From a virus (Duplodnaviria; Heunggongvirae; Uroviricota; Caudoviricetes), in IMG/VR virus record IMGVR_UViG_3300044678_001935, positions 1-35,981 of that record: DNA of 35,981 nucleotides; one strand, written 5' to 3'. Position numbers and translations under genes: made by a program. Each line of letters starts with the position of its first letter. Position 1 is the stretch's first letter. A model generated the notes under the pieces. The model saw only the letters and a list, made by a program, of their open reading frames with translations. It did no database searches and was not told the origin of the DNA. This document shows, one piece after another, positions 33,704-35,981 of this stretch.

Positions 33704-34387
33704 ATGAGACCCGATGTAAAACTTATAGCCATAACTCAGGGGGCAGGAGATCTTGTCAATAAAAATGCACAAGAGGTTATTTCTTATGTCGCTAGAGTTA
33801 GTAATCCAAATAATCAGCTAAATTTTGATACAGCTAGCGGACTCATTAGATACTGTATTAAAAATAAACATGTAAGCATTTTTGAACATTCTTATATGAC
33901 GCTGGAGATCAATACAACCAGAGCGATTGCGGCTCAAATTTTGCGCCATAGATCCTTTTGTTATCAAGAATGGTCCCAAAGATATTCTGATGTAAATTCT
34001 TTAACAGAAACGATAGTGGTTCCAGAACTTCGTAGGCAAGACACTAAGAACCGACAAAATTCTATTGACGATCTTGATAAGGAAGTTAAGCAGTCTTTTG
34101 AAGATGAAATTAAAGATTATTTCAAACAAGGACAAGAACTTTATAATTCGCTTCTTGATAATGAAGTCGCAAAGGAATCAGCACGTTTTATTTTGCCGTT
34201 AGCAACACCAACAAGAATTTATATGACGGGCAATGTTCGTTCTTGGATGACATATATCGCTCTTAGAGAGAAAAATGGTACACAGAAAGAGCACCAAGAC
34301 ATTGCAAAAGAATGTAAGCTCATCTTTAAAGAGCAGTTTCCAGATTGTTATGAGGCTTTAGGTGGGGGCGAAGAATGGACTATCTAG
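33704..34387 (+). CDS. thyX: FAD-dependent thymidylate synthase
   Basis: YVARVSNP, HVSIFEH, QILRHRSF..SQRY, ESARFILP, GNVRSW, TQKEH. Confidence 0.95.
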   Translation: MRPDVKLIAITQGAGDLVNKNAQEVISYVARVSNPNNQLNFDTASGLIRYCIKNKHVSIFEHSYMTLEINTTRAIAAQILRHRSFCYQEWSQRYSDVNSLTETIVVPELRRQDTKNRQNSIDDLDKEVKQSFEDEIKDYFKQGQELYNSLLDNEVAKESARFILPLATPTRIYMTGNVRSWMTYIALREKNGTQKEHQDIAKECKLIFKEQFPDCYEALGGGEEWTI

Positions 34388-35643
34388 ATTACTTACAACA
34401 ATACCGCGAAAAATATCATTTAGATGATATCTTCAATCACAATAATAATGCTGATGTAGAACAAGTAGAGAAGTATATTGGGGAATTATGCGGTGTTTCT
34501 TATGTTTTACTTGAGTTGTTTTGTGGCGCGCGTTCGGAAGAACATTACAAAGGTGGACGGACGTTCCCAAGCAATATTCATAGATTTGTTATGAAAAATA
34601 GTGTATTAGAAAATACTGGTAAAGAACCGAAAAACATTGATTATCTTACCAGAATGCTGGTGACAACTCTAGGTAATCCCGATTCTGAGATTTTAGATTC
34701 TATAGCAAGAGAAAATAATCCAGTAATAAACAAAATTATTTCACGCCACCAAAACACATCAAGCGACACTTTGATGTATCTTGCGTCTTCCAACATTTAT
34801 GCTTCAAGTATTATTTGTCATAGTAATATAACCTCTGATGTTTTATTGGAGATAACAAAAGTCTTATTATCTGATCTAAGTAAAAAAATTTTTTGGGTTC
34901 AATATCCAGAATGTGATGATTGGGACTTTGTTCAGAAACTTCCTTATGTAAGTGGAAAGCCGAGTGGAAGGATATTAGATTTTTTGGAATATATTGTGGG
35001 CTCTTCTAATTTTAATGAGGATACGATGAAGTTGTTTTTATCGGTAGACGATGAAACAATGAAAACGTTAGTGTGGGATCAAATCTTTTATAGTATGGGT
35101 AGAAATCCTTATATTTCACCTCAAATAATGGATATATTGTGTGGGGATCAATTCGTTACTTTAAAGTATAATGGCGTTCTTGAAAATCCTAATGCGCCTA
35201 AACATATTTTAGAAAAGTATTCAACACATAACAAAATGTTTTATCGTGAGCGTGTTGCATATAATACTAACACACTAACAAAAACATTAGAACGTCTGGC
35301 TAACGATAATCATCCTGATGTTCGTTGTGGAGTTGCATGTAATCTCAACACATCACCAGAAACATTAGAACTTCTGGCGAATGATGATAATCGTTGGGTT
35401 CGTCTTAGGGTTGCAAAAAATCCAAACACACCCACAGAAATACTAGATCGTTTAGCTAATGATAAATCTTGGGGAACTTTGGAAGAGGTTGCTCATAACA
35501 GAAATGCTTCAGTAAAAACGTTACAAAATATTATTAATAACTTAGAAACTTTTGAAAGAAAAGGTGATTCTAGTGATTGGCTTATTGGACATCTTAAAGA
35601 TTTTTGTACTCAACGATCTTTATTTTTAACGTCTAACTCGTAA
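34375..35643 (+). CDS. Large protein F with C-terminal LRV repeats
   Basis: 422 aa; 4-5 LRV units in the C-terminal third, degenerate units earlier. Confidence 0.75.
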   Translation: MDYLDYLQQYREKYHLDDIFNHNNNADVEQVEKYIGELCGVSYVLLELFCGARSEEHYKGGRTFPSNIHRFVMKNSVLENTGKEPKNIDYLTRMLVTTLGNPDSEILDSIARENNPVINKIISRHQNTSSDTLMYLASSNIYASSIICHSNITSDVLLEITKVLLSDLSKKIFWVQYPECDDWDFVQKLPYVSGKPSGRILDFLEYIVGSSNFNEDTMKLFLSVDDETMKTLVWDQIFYSMGRNPYISPQIMDILCGDQFVTLKYNGVLENPNAPKHILEKYSTHNKMFYRERVAYNTNTLTKTLERLANDNHPDVRCGVACNLNTSPETLELLANDDNRWVRLRVAKNPNTPTEILDRLANDKSWGTLEEVAHNRNASVKTLQNIINNLETFERKGDSSDWLIGHLKDFCTQRSLFLTSNS

Positions 35644-35677
35644 TAGATACATTATAATAACAAAGGAGGTAAACAAC

Positions 35678-35926
35678 TTGCCAACATACCCAATTTATAA
35701 TAAGGACACCGGAGAAAGAAGTGAAATCGTTCTTTCTTTAGATGAATGGGATAAATTTAAAGACGAAAATCCCAACATTATTCGGGATTGGTCTGATCCA
35801 TCAACAGCTCCTTCCTCAGTGGAACAAGGAGAATGGAAGGATAAATTAGCCAAATCTCATCCAGGTTGGAATGAAATGCTTGGAAGAATGTCAAAGGTTC
35901 CTGGTTCAAAAGTACAAAAAATCTAA
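35678..35926 (+). CDS. Conserved cyanophage-type FmdB-like small protein
   Basis: MPTYPIYNKDTGE..EWKDKL..HPGWNEML..PGSKV; GGAGG SD, TTG start. Confidence 0.7.
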   Translation: MPTYPIYNKDTGERSEIVLSLDEWDKFKDENPNIIRDWSDPSTAPSSVEQGEWKDKLAKSHPGWNEMLGRMSKVPGSKVQKI

Positions 35927-35930
35927 CCAT

Positions 35931-35981
35931 ATGTCAAGAAAAAGAAAGCCCTCAGGTCAAGTCGGAATTAGTACAACCTTT
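35931..35981 (+). CDS. phoH: 5' fragment of probable PhoH (truncated by window edge)
   Basis: MSRKRKPSGQVGISTT resembles cyanophage PhoH N-termini and follows the usual upstream neighbour; only 17 codons visible. Confidence 0.4.
   Translation, partial: MSRKRKPSGQVGISTTF

Noticed and set aside
10175-35643. LRV hypervariability produced by the DGR
   Set aside because: No LRV-like A-rich template in the window. Unit differences include many non-A positions, and single positions alternate between T- and G-ending codons, which one AAY template cannot explain. A TR elsewhere in the genome cannot be excluded.
1-35981. Transposases, integrases, introns/inteins, rRNA, photosystem genes
   Set aside because: No recognisable motifs for any of these in the window.

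Overview
AT-rich, gene-dense and almost entirely + strand fragment of a large T4-like myovirus genome, most likely a freshwater cyanophage. The assignment rests on cyanomyophage-type small ORFs, TAAATA late promoters, grx/speD/thyX, a probable phoH start and a cyanobacterial-type glutamine riboswitch. The left end holds a diversity-generating retroelement (DGR): template repeat (1..117, cut by the window edge), DGR-type reverse transcriptase, a GT9-like gene and a small C-type-lectin-fold target. The target's variable repeat (2434..2550) differs from the TR at 13 positions, all TR adenines. Next comes about 14 kb of small early-type genes driven by sigma70-like promoters that share an upstream dyad box. 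This stretch includes a DEDDh exonuclease, an Rnl5-like RNA ligase and a non-canonical tRNA-Ile(UAU). It is followed by an approximately 8 kb glycosyl/methyltransferase island, RlpA and NlpC/P60 wall hydrolases with a structured leader, and a conserved cyanophage core block. Six genes built from 26-aa LRV repeats with hypervariable positions are scattered through the window. A glnA-type glutamine riboswitch sits upstream of an unannotated 33-aa peptide, with an identifiable anti-SD alternative fold. All family assignments are by motif recognition; no database searches were run.
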